Positions 9,160 through 18,401 of a DNA stretch of 64,000 nt are shown one piece after another (the stretch's first letter is position 1; each line of letters starts with the position of its first letter). The stretch spans positions 1-64,000 of the forward strand of contig CDROCS010005637.1 in NCBI GenBank assembly GCA_977020255.1, written 5' to 3'. The translations under genes and the position numbers were made by a program. Origin of the DNA: Obrimoposthia wandeli (taxonomy: Eukaryota). Below the pieces are notes generated by a model, which was given only the letters and a program-made list of their open reading frames with translations, had not been told where the DNA came from and made no database searches.

Positions 9160-9360
9160 TTTCAGAGGTTGAAACGTTCTATTCTATCGGTTAGCAAGAC
9201 GGCGACGATCCGCGATCAGTCCGATAGTCATTATTCAGTTGGTCAGATATTAGATGCCTGCACTCACGAAGATAATCGTAAAATGTGTCAAATAGAAATA
9301 TTGAATATTGAGTCTGTGAAGCTTAGTTAATTAAATCGGACACATGCCAAAGCTGAAAAC
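9160..9360 (+). pseudogene. yqfB: ASCH-domain N4-acetylcytidine amidohydrolase (YqfB-like) pseudogene
   Basis: FQRLKRSILSVSKTATIRDQSDSHYSVGQILDACTHED..VKLS*LNRTHAKAEN aligns with E. coli YqfB (FQRF..GRKTITIRDESESHF..LTEKHAEQEN). No start codon, in-frame TAA at 9328-9330, 3' end lost. Confidence 0.75.
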
Positions 9361-9452
9361 TGACCGTTCAAAAGAAGCCGTTATATATGTAGGCAGTAAA
9401 ATTAACACTGGTGTGGATACTTTTGATTCTGTAAAGTCAAGAGTATCAGCCT

Positions 9453-9548
9453 CTTAACAAGCGGTTAAAATGGGACAGAAAACACTTGGCTTTTGCTCCT
9501 TCGTCGCTAATTTTAGCCAACAAATTTTGCCTCTTAACGAGCTTTGGT
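9453..9548 (+). mobile_element. Degenerate integron attC site
   Basis: TAAC-AAGCG-GTTAA..GGGACAGAAAA..TTGGCT..AGCCAA..TTTTGCC..TTAAC-GAGC-TTTG. Nested inverted repeats of a marine-type attC with the R' GTTA box mutated. An upstream frame stops at TAA inside the R'' box. Confidence 0.65.
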
Positions 9549-9558
9549 ATAAACAAAT

Positions 9559-11355
9559 ATGACAAATCGACTGCCTAAGAAAACCTCTTCGACTATATCG
9601 ACGCTCAACGAACTTGCGACGTTGGCAAACTATTCCCTCATGGACACGCTCAACTGTGATCCTGATGCAACAGAAAACGGTGCTGATCATGCGCCGAGAC
9701 AAGTATTCTCGGGCCATTATGTCCCCGTCAATCCTACTCCAATCAAAGATCCTGAGTATGTCGCGCACAGCAAAACCTTTTTTTCAGAGCTTGGTTTCGC
9801 CGACAGTATGGCTGAGTCCTCAGACTTCGTCCGCATGTTCTCTGGTGACCTTTCTCAGGTGCCAGAACCGATGCGCAAGGTCGGGTGGGCGAGCGGATAT
9901 GCACTTTCAATCTACGGTACTGAATACATCCAGCAGTGCCCGTTCCGAACGGGTAACGGATATGGAGACGGTCGTGCAATGTCCGTGCTTGAGGCCGTTA
10001 TCAAGGGTCAACGCTGGGAAATGCAGCTGAAAGGTGGCGGTCGTACGCCATATTGCCGCGGCGCAGATGGTCGCGCTGTCTTGCGGTCTAGTATCCGTGA
10101 GTTCTTGGCTCAGGAGCACATGCACGCACTGGGCGTTCCCACATCACGGTCATTAAGTTTGTACGTTTCAAAAACGGAGCAGGTGAAGCGACCGTGGTAC
10201 TCACAGGGCTCGCGCTCAGAGAATCCCGACATGCTTATATCTGAAGCCGTCGCCATTTCGACACGTGTAGCACCGTCGTTCATCCGCGTTGGCCAACTCG
10301 AACTTTTCGCTCGCCGCGCCCGTACCAATGAACACCCAAAAGCGCTAGAAGAACTCGAGAAAATTGTGCTGCATTTGATTGACCGAGAATACGCTGTCGC
10401 CGTCGATAAGCAACTCTCCACACCAGAAAAAGTGGTGTTGTTAGCACGTGAGTTTCGCAGCCGTCTTACGTCATTGGTAGCAAACTGGATCCGCGTCGGC
10501 TTTTGCCAGGGTAACTTCAACAGCGACAACTGCGCAGCTGGTGGCTTTACACTTGATTATGGTCCCTTCGGTTTTAGTGATGTGTTTAACCCGCATTATC
10601 AGCCTTGGACGGGTGGCGGTCATCACTTCTCGTTCATGAACCAAGCAAACGCTGCGGAGCGCAATTTCGGCATGTTTTGTTCGACGTTACGACTGTTACT
10701 GGTATCACATCAGGACTGTTTGCTCGCACTCGACGAGATCCAAAGTGGGTTTTCGCAAGTTATGAACACGCAAATGAACAAAATGTGGGCTGCGAAACTG
10801 GGGCTGGATCTAGATCTAGACTCTGGTATTTTAAACAGCGGCTCTCACCAAACACGTTGTAGCGAACTGATCAGCGAGCTACAAACACTGATGATGCAAG
10901 CGCCTGTCGATTACACAATTTTCTTCCGTGAGCTGTCGTCGATACCCGATGACATTGGTCCTCTCAAGAAAAGCTTTTACAATAGCCTATACAATGAGAC
11001 GGCGCATGATACAGCCAGCCAAGAGTTGGACAAGTACTGGGCAGAGTGGCTCGAAAAATGGAAAATGCTCCTCAACAGCGCCAATGACGCGAATGCTACG
11101 TCGCCCCGAACCAGCGATGAAATCTCTAGGCAGATGAAGCTCGTTAACCCAAAATACATCTTGCGAGAGTGGTTTGTTATGCCGGCTTATCAGCAAGCAA
11201 CTGCGGGTGATTATTCTCTCATTCGAGAGCTGCAGGACGTGATGACACAGCCATATGCTGAGCAATCGAAGGAGGTAGAGGATAAATACTATCGATTGAA
11301 ACCGCTGGAGTTTTTTGAGGTGGGTGGATTGTCTCATCTTAGTTGTTCGTCGTGA
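9559..11355 (+). CDS. selO: Protein adenylyltransferase SelO (YdiU family pseudokinase)
   Basis: [52 protein letters not shown] and C-terminal SCSS. Visibly GC-richer than its flanks. Confidence 0.9.
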   Translation: MTNRLPKKTSSTISTLNELATLANYSLMDTLNCDPDATENGADHAPRQVFSGHYVPVNPTPIKDPEYVAHSKTFFSELGFADSMAESSDFVRMFSGDLSQVPEPMRKVGWASGYALSIYGTEYIQQCPFRTGNGYGDGRAMSVLEAVIKGQRWEMQLKGGGRTPYCRGADGRAVLRSSIREFLAQEHMHALGVPTSRSLSLYVSKTEQVKRPWYSQGSRSENPDMLISEAVAISTRVAPSFIRVGQLELFARRARTNEHPKALEELEKIVLHLIDREYAVAVDKQLSTPEKVVLLAREFRSRLTSLVANWIRVGFCQGNFNSDNCAAGGFTLDYGPFGFSDVFNPHYQPWTGGGHHFSFMNQANAAERNFGMFCSTLRLLLVSHQDCLLALDEIQSGFSQVMNTQMNKMWAAKLGLDLDLDSGILNSGSHQTRCSELISELQTLMMQAPVDYTIFFRELSSIPDDIGPLKKSFYNSLYNETAHDTASQELDKYWAEWLEKWKMLLNSANDANATSPRTSDEISRQMKLVNPKYILREWFVMPAYQQATAGDYSLIRELQDVMTQPYAEQSKEVEDKYYRLKPLEFFEVGGLSHLSCSS

Positions 11356-11461
11356 TGCTTAGGACTAAAAAACTAGTAACTGATCTTGCTTAGGTAGTTA
11401 TCTCACTCAATTTCCAATTCAATGCTACCTTTATGGTAAACAAACACATAAGGATATTGAA

Positions 11462-12082
11462 ATGGATTTTGATTGGGTAGAGTGGTTTGGTTATCTCGCA
11501 TCGTTAGTTGTGCTTGTGTCCCTGACAATGACGTCAATCATCAAGCTGCGGGTGATTAACTTCATCGGTTGTATTCTGTTTGCGATATTTGCCTATTTTA
11601 TTGATTCTTTACCGACCATGTTAATGAACCTAGGGATAGCCGGCATCAATGTTTACTTCTTATGGAAAATTCATTCGACCGAGGAGCAGTTCAAGCTGAT
11701 TGTGGCAGCGGTTCATTCTGAATATTTTGAGCATTTCATTTCAACAAATCTAAGTGACATTGAACGGCAGACCACGGTAGATGAACTTCGAGAAGCCAAT
11801 ACGGTGTTTTATATGCTCAGGAATAACAGCATAGCGGGTGTATTAGCCGGGAATAATAATGAACAAGGCGAACTGTCAGTGCTATTGGACTTTGTTACGC
11901 CGGAATACCGTGATTTTAAGTTGGCGGATTATTACTATAAGTCGCACCCTGATGTACTCAAACACAGAGGGGTTAATACACTGATGGCGAAACCAACCAC
12001 GCAGGAACATAGAGACTACTTACTCAAAGTGGGCTTTCAGGTTGTTGATGGATCTGAAGGGCTTTATCAGAAACAGCTTTAA
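11462..12082 (+). CDS. YgjV-family inner membrane protein with a soluble C-terminal domain
   Basis: EWFGYLASLVVLVSLTMTSIIKLRVINFIG N-terminal TM bundle and LDFVTPEYRDFK motif. Confidence 0.7.
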   Translation: MDFDWVEWFGYLASLVVLVSLTMTSIIKLRVINFIGCILFAIFAYFIDSLPTMLMNLGIAGINVYFLWKIHSTEEQFKLIVAAVHSEYFEHFISTNLSDIERQTTVDELREANTVFYMLRNNSIAGVLAGNNNEQGELSVLLDFVTPEYRDFKLADYYYKSHPDVLKHRGVNTLMAKPTTQEHRDYLLKVGFQVVDGSEGLYQKQL

Positions 12083-12678
12083 TGGGTAGCTAGCATCTCC
12101 CAACAATGTAGATCTCACTTAGACATAACATCCTCTGTAATCCCTGCAAGTATTAGCCATGTACATCATCATGTGTTTTATTCCTAACTAATTCTTCTTG
12201 TCATAAATTCTGTTCAATTTCGTTACTTTCAATATTTAGCCGTAAATTATCATCAAGTTAACGGTGGTTTTATTTATTTCTCGTTCGTTCAGATTTACTT
12301 AACTCTAGGTTAACTTCATTCTAATATTCTTAACTTACAGTGAGGGGTATACTCTCGGCTCTTAGAAAGAGAGAGCCAAATATGTTTGAATTCGTTACTA
12401 ATTCCTCATTAAAAAACACACCTATTAATTATTAATAATGGCTTATCAATAATTGCTATCACTACCGGCTTATTGTGTCTTACGCCGCGGCTTCTCTAAT
12501 GACAATGCTGTGCGCTCTAAGGCTGATCATATCAGTCCAGGGTCAAAGGCGGACAATCGTATAGATAGCTATACTCGTAGCATGATGGTGCAAGCTGCAG
12601 CTTAATTTAAACACCTGCCTAGGTATTTGACCATTAAAACAAACATCACATTAACCGATGTAAACAGGGAACATACCC

Positions 12679-14076
12679 ATGTATGAAAATGAAGAAAAAC
12701 TAACGAAAGCATTTGTTATTGCCGCCATCATTTGGGGCGTTATAGGCATGTGCATGGGTTTAATGGCAGCTCTGCAGCTATATCTACCACAATTGAATTT
12801 TGCCAATGAGTATATAAATTTCGGGAAAATAAGACCCTTGCATACTAACGCCATTATCTTTGGGTTGGTTTGCAACTTTATAATCGGTCTGTCGTTATAC
12901 ATAGTGGCAAAAACATCAGTCGTGAATCTAGTATCCAAAGGTTTATCGTGGTTCTTGTTTTGGGGTTGGCAGATAACATTGGTAATCGGCCTTATCTCAA
13001 TCGCTTTAGGGTATACATCAACCAAAGAATACGCCGAATTTGAGTGGCCAATTGATATCGCTATTGTGGTTCTTTGGTTAACGTTTGGATATATCTTCTT
13101 TGGAACGCTAGCGAAAAGAAAAACAAAGCATATATTTGTTTCAAACTGGTTCAGCGGTGGTGTCATTATTGTTATCGGCTTAATTTATTTGATAAACAAT
13201 TTAGCCATTCCCGTGTATGCATTTAAAGGCTACTCCATATTTTCTGGTGCGAGTGATGCACTTGTACAGTGGTGGTGGGGGCATAATGCAGTTGGCTTCT
13301 TATTGACAGCTGGTTTTGTGGGTACCAACTACTATTTCATTCCCAAGTTAGTTAATAGACCCATTTATTCATATCGACTGTCTTTAATTACTTTTTGGGG
13401 CTTAATCGGCTTTTATACTTGGGCTGGTACACACCATTTACTCTTTACATCCGTTCCATCTTGGATTCAAAATATTGGCGTTGTTATGTCTATTCTATTA
13501 TGGATCCCGTCATGGGCTGGCGCATTTAATGCTTGGATGACGTGTACTTCCAATAAAGAAGAATTGAAAACAAACCCCGTTGTCTGGTTTTTCTTATCGT
13601 CAATCGCCTATTACGCATTAGCAACGTTTGAAGGGCCTCTTATGGCTATCAGATGGTTCAATATGATAGCTCACAATACCAGTTGGGTTATAGGACACGT
13701 TCACTCTGGCGCGCTAGGTTGGGTTGGCATGACGTGTATAGCAACCTTCTACTATTTCATTCCTAAGTTATACAAAAAAGAACTCTACTCATATGGCTTA
13801 GTTAAGGTGCATTTTGTACTCGCTCACATAGGCGTACTGTTCTACATAGTCTCCCTTTGGATCGGTGGTATAGGGCAAGGTGTTAAATCGTTAAGCCTCA
13901 CTGAGTCTGGTTCTCTTACTTATTCGTTTGTTGATATTTTACGATTTATGGAACCCTATATGCTCGGACGTGCAATTGGCGGGGCGCTGTTTATCTTGGG
14001 TATGTTAGTGATGGTATATAACCTCATCATGACGGTGAAAAAACCACAAAAAGTAGTTATTGAAGGAGCATATTAA
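12679..14076 (+). CDS. ccoN: cbb3-type cytochrome c oxidase subunit I
   Basis: RPLHTNA, WWWGHNAVGF, FYTWAGTHHL, TFEGP and IGHVHSGALGW. All six metal His ligands and the cross-link Tyr are present. Confidence 0.95.
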   Translation: MYENEEKLTKAFVIAAIIWGVIGMCMGLMAALQLYLPQLNFANEYINFGKIRPLHTNAIIFGLVCNFIIGLSLYIVAKTSVVNLVSKGLSWFLFWGWQITLVIGLISIALGYTSTKEYAEFEWPIDIAIVVLWLTFGYIFFGTLAKRKTKHIFVSNWFSGGVIIVIGLIYLINNLAIPVYAFKGYSIFSGASDALVQWWWGHNAVGFLLTAGFVGTNYYFIPKLVNRPIYSYRLSLITFWGLIGFYTWAGTHHLLFTSVPSWIQNIGVVMSILLWIPSWAGAFNAWMTCTSNKEELKTNPVVWFFLSSIAYYALATFEGPLMAIRWFNMIAHNTSWVIGHVHSGALGWVGMTCIATFYYFIPKLYKKELYSYGLVKVHFVLAHIGVLFYIVSLWIGGIGQGVKSLSLTESGSLTYSFVDILRFMEPYMLGRAIGGALFILGMLVMVYNLIMTVKKPQKVVIEGAY

Positions 14077-14693
14077 TGGAAGAGTCAATATCCAAGTCAG
14101 TAATGGCTTTTATCACTATCACGACTGTCGTGGTCTTATTTTCATTCTTTGTGTGGGTTTTCCCCGGGTTCTTCTTCACCAACGATCTTAAAGAAATAAC
14201 GACAGCTAAACCATACACAGCTTTAGAGTTAGCTGGACGGGATGTTTATATGGCTGAAGGTTGCGTGGCATGCCATACCCAGATGGTTAGAAACTTGGAA
14301 CCGGAAAGAAAAAGATACGGTCGTCCTAATAAAATGGAAGATGATGTTTATGAGTTTAACTTTTTGTGGAGCTCACAAAGAACTGGCCCTGATTTAACTA
14401 ATATTGGTTTGAAGTACACAGAAGGCTGGCACAAACAGCATCTAATCAATCCTCAGGCAATTGTACCAGCCTCAATCATGCCGCAATATCCGTGGCTGTT
14501 TGAAAAGCAACTTAACGTTAGTCATGTTATTGCTTCAATGAAAGCGATGAAGAAGCTAGGTGTTCCGTATACAGACACGCAAATTGAAAATTCATCAAGC
14601 AAAGTGGAAGGTAAAACAAAAGGTGATGCGCTTGTTGCTTACTTGATGAGTCTTGGCGTAGATACGCGTGAAAAAGGTGGGGATTTAAATTAA
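14076..14693 (+). CDS. ccoO: cbb3-type cytochrome c oxidase subunit II
   Basis: GRDVYMAEGCVACHTQMVR, WSSQRTGPDL and SIMPQYPWL. TAATG overlap with ccoN. Confidence 0.95.
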   Translation: MEESISKSVMAFITITTVVVLFSFFVWVFPGFFFTNDLKEITTAKPYTALELAGRDVYMAEGCVACHTQMVRNLEPERKRYGRPNKMEDDVYEFNFLWSSQRTGPDLTNIGLKYTEGWHKQHLINPQAIVPASIMPQYPWLFEKQLNVSHVIASMKAMKKLGVPYTDTQIENSSSKVEGKTKGDALVAYLMSLGVDTREKGGDLN

Positions 14694-16159
14694 TGGAATC
14701 CATGAACATATTATCAAGCGTACTATCGATTATCTTCTTTTTTATCATGGTTGCAGTTATTTATTCACAGTTCCGAAAGAACAAAACTGCAGACAGTAAT
14801 AAAACAATAGAGCAATTTGATGGGATAGATGAAAAAGATGCACCAATTCCTAAGGTTTTCTTTGTTGCGTATCTTATTGCATTTATAGGGGCAATTGTTT
14901 ATGTCCTTCTATATCCAAGTTTAGCTTCTTGGAAAGGGTTTATCGGTTGGACCGAGAATGATGACGCGTATGTGGCTAAATCAATTGATATAAACAATAA
15001 CATTAACGCCATAATCAACGCGAATACCGATGAACAAGTCTTTACTCTGTTACAAAAAGATCCGCTTGTTTTACAGAGTGGTAAATCGCTATTTGGTGAT
15101 AATTGTTCTGCTTGTCATGGTCAAGATGCTAAGGGGCAATATAACTACCCGAGTTTAGTTGATAAAGACTGGTTATACGGCGGCTCACCTCAAGATGTCT
15201 ATACGACCATACATAATGGACGTAAGGGTAAAATGCCAGCTTTGAAAGGTGTACTGAGCGGTAAAGACATAGATGAGCTTGCCCAGTATGTGTCTGATTT
15301 AAATAAAGGACCATTTAAAAGCAATGCGCTTTTCGATGCTAATTGTTCATCATGTCACGGTAAAGATGCTCAAGGTTCACATGGCGTCGGTGCACCTAAC
15401 TTAACGGATGATATCTGGCTTCATGGTTCAGCTAACGCTGATATCAAACGTAATATTGAGAATGGCATGAGTAATGAAATGCCTGATTTTGGTGAGCGAC
15501 TTAGCAGAAATCAAATATTGTCTTTAACCTCTTATATTGTGTCACTACAGAGTGAACCACAAGACAATATCGATTTTATGCAAGCGAACACTTATATCTT
15601 CTCTCGAAATGAACAGCAATTGCCAGCAGTGTTAACGACTTGTGTGGCCTGTCATGGCGCAGATGGTCTTGGTGCTTTACCTGGAGCGCCTAAGTTAGCA
15701 GGATTAAAGCAAGCGTATATCTATAACCAATTGAACTTGTTTGTATCTGGTTTAAGAAAAAATGCAACGATGCAAAATATAGTTGCCGGCTTAGATGTGA
15801 AAGATAAGTTACTTGCTGCTAGCTATTTCAGCTCTCTCGATTCACCTGCGATAAGTAAAATCACTCCAGAGAAATCAGCAGACGGTCTCATTAAAGATCC
15901 TACTGAGCGCCTGATATTCCAAGGTGATTGGCAACGCGCTATTCCTGCTTGTTCTACTTGTCACGGTCAAGAAACGGAAGGTAGTCCATCATTTCCAAGA
16001 TTGGCAGGTCAATCATCGGACTATTTAGAGAAGCAATTATTTGACTGGAGAACAGGCGATAGAACCGGTGATCAAGGTCATATGATGCAAAACGTCGTTA
16101 ACAAGCTAACAGATGATGAAATTAAATCCCTGTCGAAATATTTATCAAAAATGAAATAA
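14693..16159 (+). CDS. ccoP: cbb3 oxidase subunit III (CcoP) fused to a diheme cytochrome c4; four CxxCH motifs
   Basis: FDGIDEKDAPIP, then CSACH, CSSCH, GAPNLTDDIW and MPDF. An extra ~190 aa follows with CVACH (PKLAGL..YIYNQL) and CSTCH (FPRLAGQ..YLEKQL, HMM). TAATG overlap with ccoO. Confidence 0.9.
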   Translation: MESMNILSSVLSIIFFFIMVAVIYSQFRKNKTADSNKTIEQFDGIDEKDAPIPKVFFVAYLIAFIGAIVYVLLYPSLASWKGFIGWTENDDAYVAKSIDINNNINAIINANTDEQVFTLLQKDPLVLQSGKSLFGDNCSACHGQDAKGQYNYPSLVDKDWLYGGSPQDVYTTIHNGRKGKMPALKGVLSGKDIDELAQYVSDLNKGPFKSNALFDANCSSCHGKDAQGSHGVGAPNLTDDIWLHGSANADIKRNIENGMSNEMPDFGERLSRNQILSLTSYIVSLQSEPQDNIDFMQANTYIFSRNEQQLPAVLTTCVACHGADGLGALPGAPKLAGLKQAYIYNQLNLFVSGLRKNATMQNIVAGLDVKDKLLAASYFSSLDSPAISKITPEKSADGLIKDPTERLIFQGDWQRAIPACSTCHGQETEGSPSFPRLAGQSSDYLEKQLFDWRTGDRTGDQGHMMQNVVNKLTDDEIKSLSKYLSKMK

Positions 16160-16174
16160 CCTGTGAGCGAATGA

Positions 16175-16233
16175 AAGGCTAATAGATTGAAGGTTAACAG
16201 CTCAAAGGTTAATAGATTGAAAGATTAATAGGA
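16175..16233 (+). repeat. About four imperfect 15-bp tandem repeats (AAGGTTAATAGATTG)
   Basis: Units start at 16175, 16190, 16205 and ~16221; the last runs into the sorA RBS. Confidence 0.6.
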
Positions 16234-16243
16234 TACCGTAATT

Positions 16244-17497
16244 ATGAAAATGAATAAGTTAAGAAGGGAAATCATTAAAGCTGGTGGCTATGTCGCTTTA
16301 GCTGCTGCACCATTAACGGCTTTCTCTAAAGAGTTTATGAAAGACGGGCAAATGTATTCGGATGGTGAAGGGGTTAGCTATGCAGATGGCCCTAAGCCTG
16401 TATTAAGCAATTTTCCGCAAAAAGATAATGTTGTGATCGTACATACTCGACCACCTCATCTTGAAACGCCTTTTAATGTATTTAATGAAGGACTAATAAC
16501 ACCGAATAACCGTTTCTTTGTTCGTTATCATTTAGCTGACGTCCCTGTAGCCATAGACACTGATAAGTACACTATTACTATTTCAGGGGCTGTTGATGAG
16601 GAAATTACATTAAGTTTGGCTGAATTAAAGTCGATTGAAGGCCAACAAGAAATTGTAGCGGTACAACAGTGTACTGGTAATAGTCGAGGTTATTCATCAC
16701 CACGTGTTTTTGGTGCGCAATTAAGTAATGGTGCAATGGGTAATGCGAAGTTCAAAGGTGTGCCACTTAAAAACGTGTTAGCGAAAGCGGGTATTTCTAG
16801 TGCTGCGACAAGTGTCATCATTGATGGTTTAGATAAGCCGGTACGAGATACGACTCCAGATTTTCAAAAATCATTACCTATTGACCATATTATGACGGGC
16901 GAACCTATGCTTGTTTGGGAAATGAATGGTGAACCTTTACCATTTTTAAATGGCTTTCCTGTGAAATTAATCGTTCCGGGTTGGTATGCAACATATTGGG
17001 TTAAACATGTATCGCACCTTAAAGTCATAGAGGACAAGTTTGATAACTTTGATGCGTTCTTTATGACAACTGCATACCGTCTACCTGATAACGACTCAAA
17101 GAGTGAATTACCAACTGCCAGAGCGAAAAAGACGTTACCTGTAAATCGTTTCCCAATAAGAAGTTTTGTTACTAGCTTAGAAAATGGTGATGAAGTTAAC
17201 GCTGCTACCAGTATTGAAATTAAAGGGATAGCTTTTGATAGTGGTAGTGGTATCAAAAAAGTTGAAGTTTCAGTCGATGGTGGGAATAAGTGGATGCAAG
17301 CAGCGCTTGGTGAAAATCTTGGTCGCTTTTCCTTTCGAGGTTGGAAGTTAAGTCATAGCTTCAATGAAAAAGGCAGAACGCTTGTGATGGTAAGAGCAAC
17401 AGGTAAAAGTGGTGAGACACAGCCTGTTAATGCATCTTGGAATCATGGCGGTTATAACCGAAATGCGATTGAACGAACAAGTATTAAGGTGGTTTAA
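16244..17497 (+). CDS. sorA: Sulfite dehydrogenase molybdopterin subunit (SorA type), Tat-exported
   Basis: RREIIK twin-Arg leader, RPPHLETP, FFVRYH (substrate Arg/His), QCTGNSR Moco Cys, PGWYATYWVK and GIAFDSG dimer domain. Confidence 0.88.
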   Translation: MKMNKLRREIIKAGGYVALAAAPLTAFSKEFMKDGQMYSDGEGVSYADGPKPVLSNFPQKDNVVIVHTRPPHLETPFNVFNEGLITPNNRFFVRYHLADVPVAIDTDKYTITISGAVDEEITLSLAELKSIEGQQEIVAVQQCTGNSRGYSSPRVFGAQLSNGAMGNAKFKGVPLKNVLAKAGISSAATSVIIDGLDKPVRDTTPDFQKSLPIDHIMTGEPMLVWEMNGEPLPFLNGFPVKLIVPGWYATYWVKHVSHLKVIEDKFDNFDAFFMTTAYRLPDNDSKSELPTARAKKTLPVNRFPIRSFVTSLENGDEVNAATSIEIKGIAFDSGSGIKKVEVSVDGGNKWMQAALGENLGRFSFRGWKLSHSFNEKGRTLVMVRATGKSGETQPVNASWNHGGYNRNAIERTSIKVV

Positions 17498-18100
17498 ATG
17501 CGGTTTTTACTTATTATATTAGTGCTATGTTCATTGACTGTTAAAGCTGAGATCGTATCAATAACCTTACCTATGGATAATACCAAGCTTAAGCCGTCGA
17601 CATTACCTGGATATGGTCTTGCGCAATCTAAATGTCACCTTTGTCATTCAGTCGATTACGTTATGTATCAACCACCAGAGATGGATTTAAAAGAGTGGAC
17701 TGGTGAGATGTATAAAATGCGTAATGCCTATGGTGCACCTATCAGTATGGGGGAGGCTAAGGTTATAGCGGCTTATTTGTCAGTTGCTTATGGCTCGGCA
17801 AAAGAAACTGATGCAGAAATAATTGCCTTAACTAAACTCGCTAGCACCAAAACAATATATCAGCCGGATAACTTAGATGTGAAATCACTATTATCTGATA
17901 ATGATTGTTTAACGTGTCATAAAGATGTGGGCGACTCTTCTATTAAAGACATACGAGCTAAATATGAAGGAACGGATAATGCGGTTGATAGATTAGGAGT
18001 AGCTATTAAGTCAGGAGGTCTTGGCATGCCTAAACCACCTATCAATCGCCATGAATCAGAGGCGATTGCAAAATACATCCTAGGGGAAAGTACGAAATAA
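17498..18100 (+). CDS. sorB: SorB-like cytochrome c with a second c-type domain (diheme)
   Basis: Signal peptide, CHLCHSVDYVMYQPP..W..KM..AYGAP (SorB domain), then CLTCH..GMP. Confidence 0.8.
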   Translation: MRFLLIILVLCSLTVKAEIVSITLPMDNTKLKPSTLPGYGLAQSKCHLCHSVDYVMYQPPEMDLKEWTGEMYKMRNAYGAPISMGEAKVIAAYLSVAYGSAKETDAEIIALTKLASTKTIYQPDNLDVKSLLSDNDCLTCHKDVGDSSIKDIRAKYEGTDNAVDRLGVAIKSGGLGMPKPPINRHESEAIAKYILGESTK

Positions 18101-18136
18101 GGACCAAGGTACAATTTATCGACTAGATATAAAATC

Positions 18137-18160
18137 AAACCGTTGTTATAGCGGTTTTTT
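18137..18160 (+). terminator. Intrinsic terminator closing the cco-sor operon
   Basis: AAACCGTT-gttat-AGCGGTTT followed by a T run. Confidence 0.65.
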
Positions 18161-18401
18161 CACATCTGAAGGCATCTTCACTAGGGCGCGTGCAGACAAC
18201 ATAGCGATCAATGTTGATCTGGACGGTGAGTTGCATGAAAATTATGTATTTACTCTCACTAACACATAACAAATAAGTTCAATCAGAATGACATTGCTTT
18301 CTAGCAGAATAATGAGTCAGAAATAACGATGGAAATGACTTTTCTCAATTTCATTCACCAATATCAGTAGTAAGATAATAACCCTCATTAAACAAATTAA
18401 A

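Noticed and set aside
9344-9457. 37-aa ORF MPKLKTDRSK..RVSAS ending in the attC R'' box
   Set aside because: Its 5' part overlaps the yqfB relic in another frame. Probably a chimeric remnant, not a gene.
11340-11355. Possible selenocysteine read-through of the selO TGA
   Set aside because: The redox position is already Cys (SCSS), the TGA falls where family members end, and no SECIS-like hairpin is evident.
12380-12610. Small ORF pieces and a possible FNR box upstream of ccoN
   Set aside because: Fragments are short with no recognisable similarity. The best TTGAT-N4-ATCAA matches have only one good half-site.
18165-18270. Short frame EGIFTRARADNIAINVDLDGELHENYVF resembling a GNAT C-terminus, with small palindromes
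   Set aside because: Too short and weak to call without a database search.
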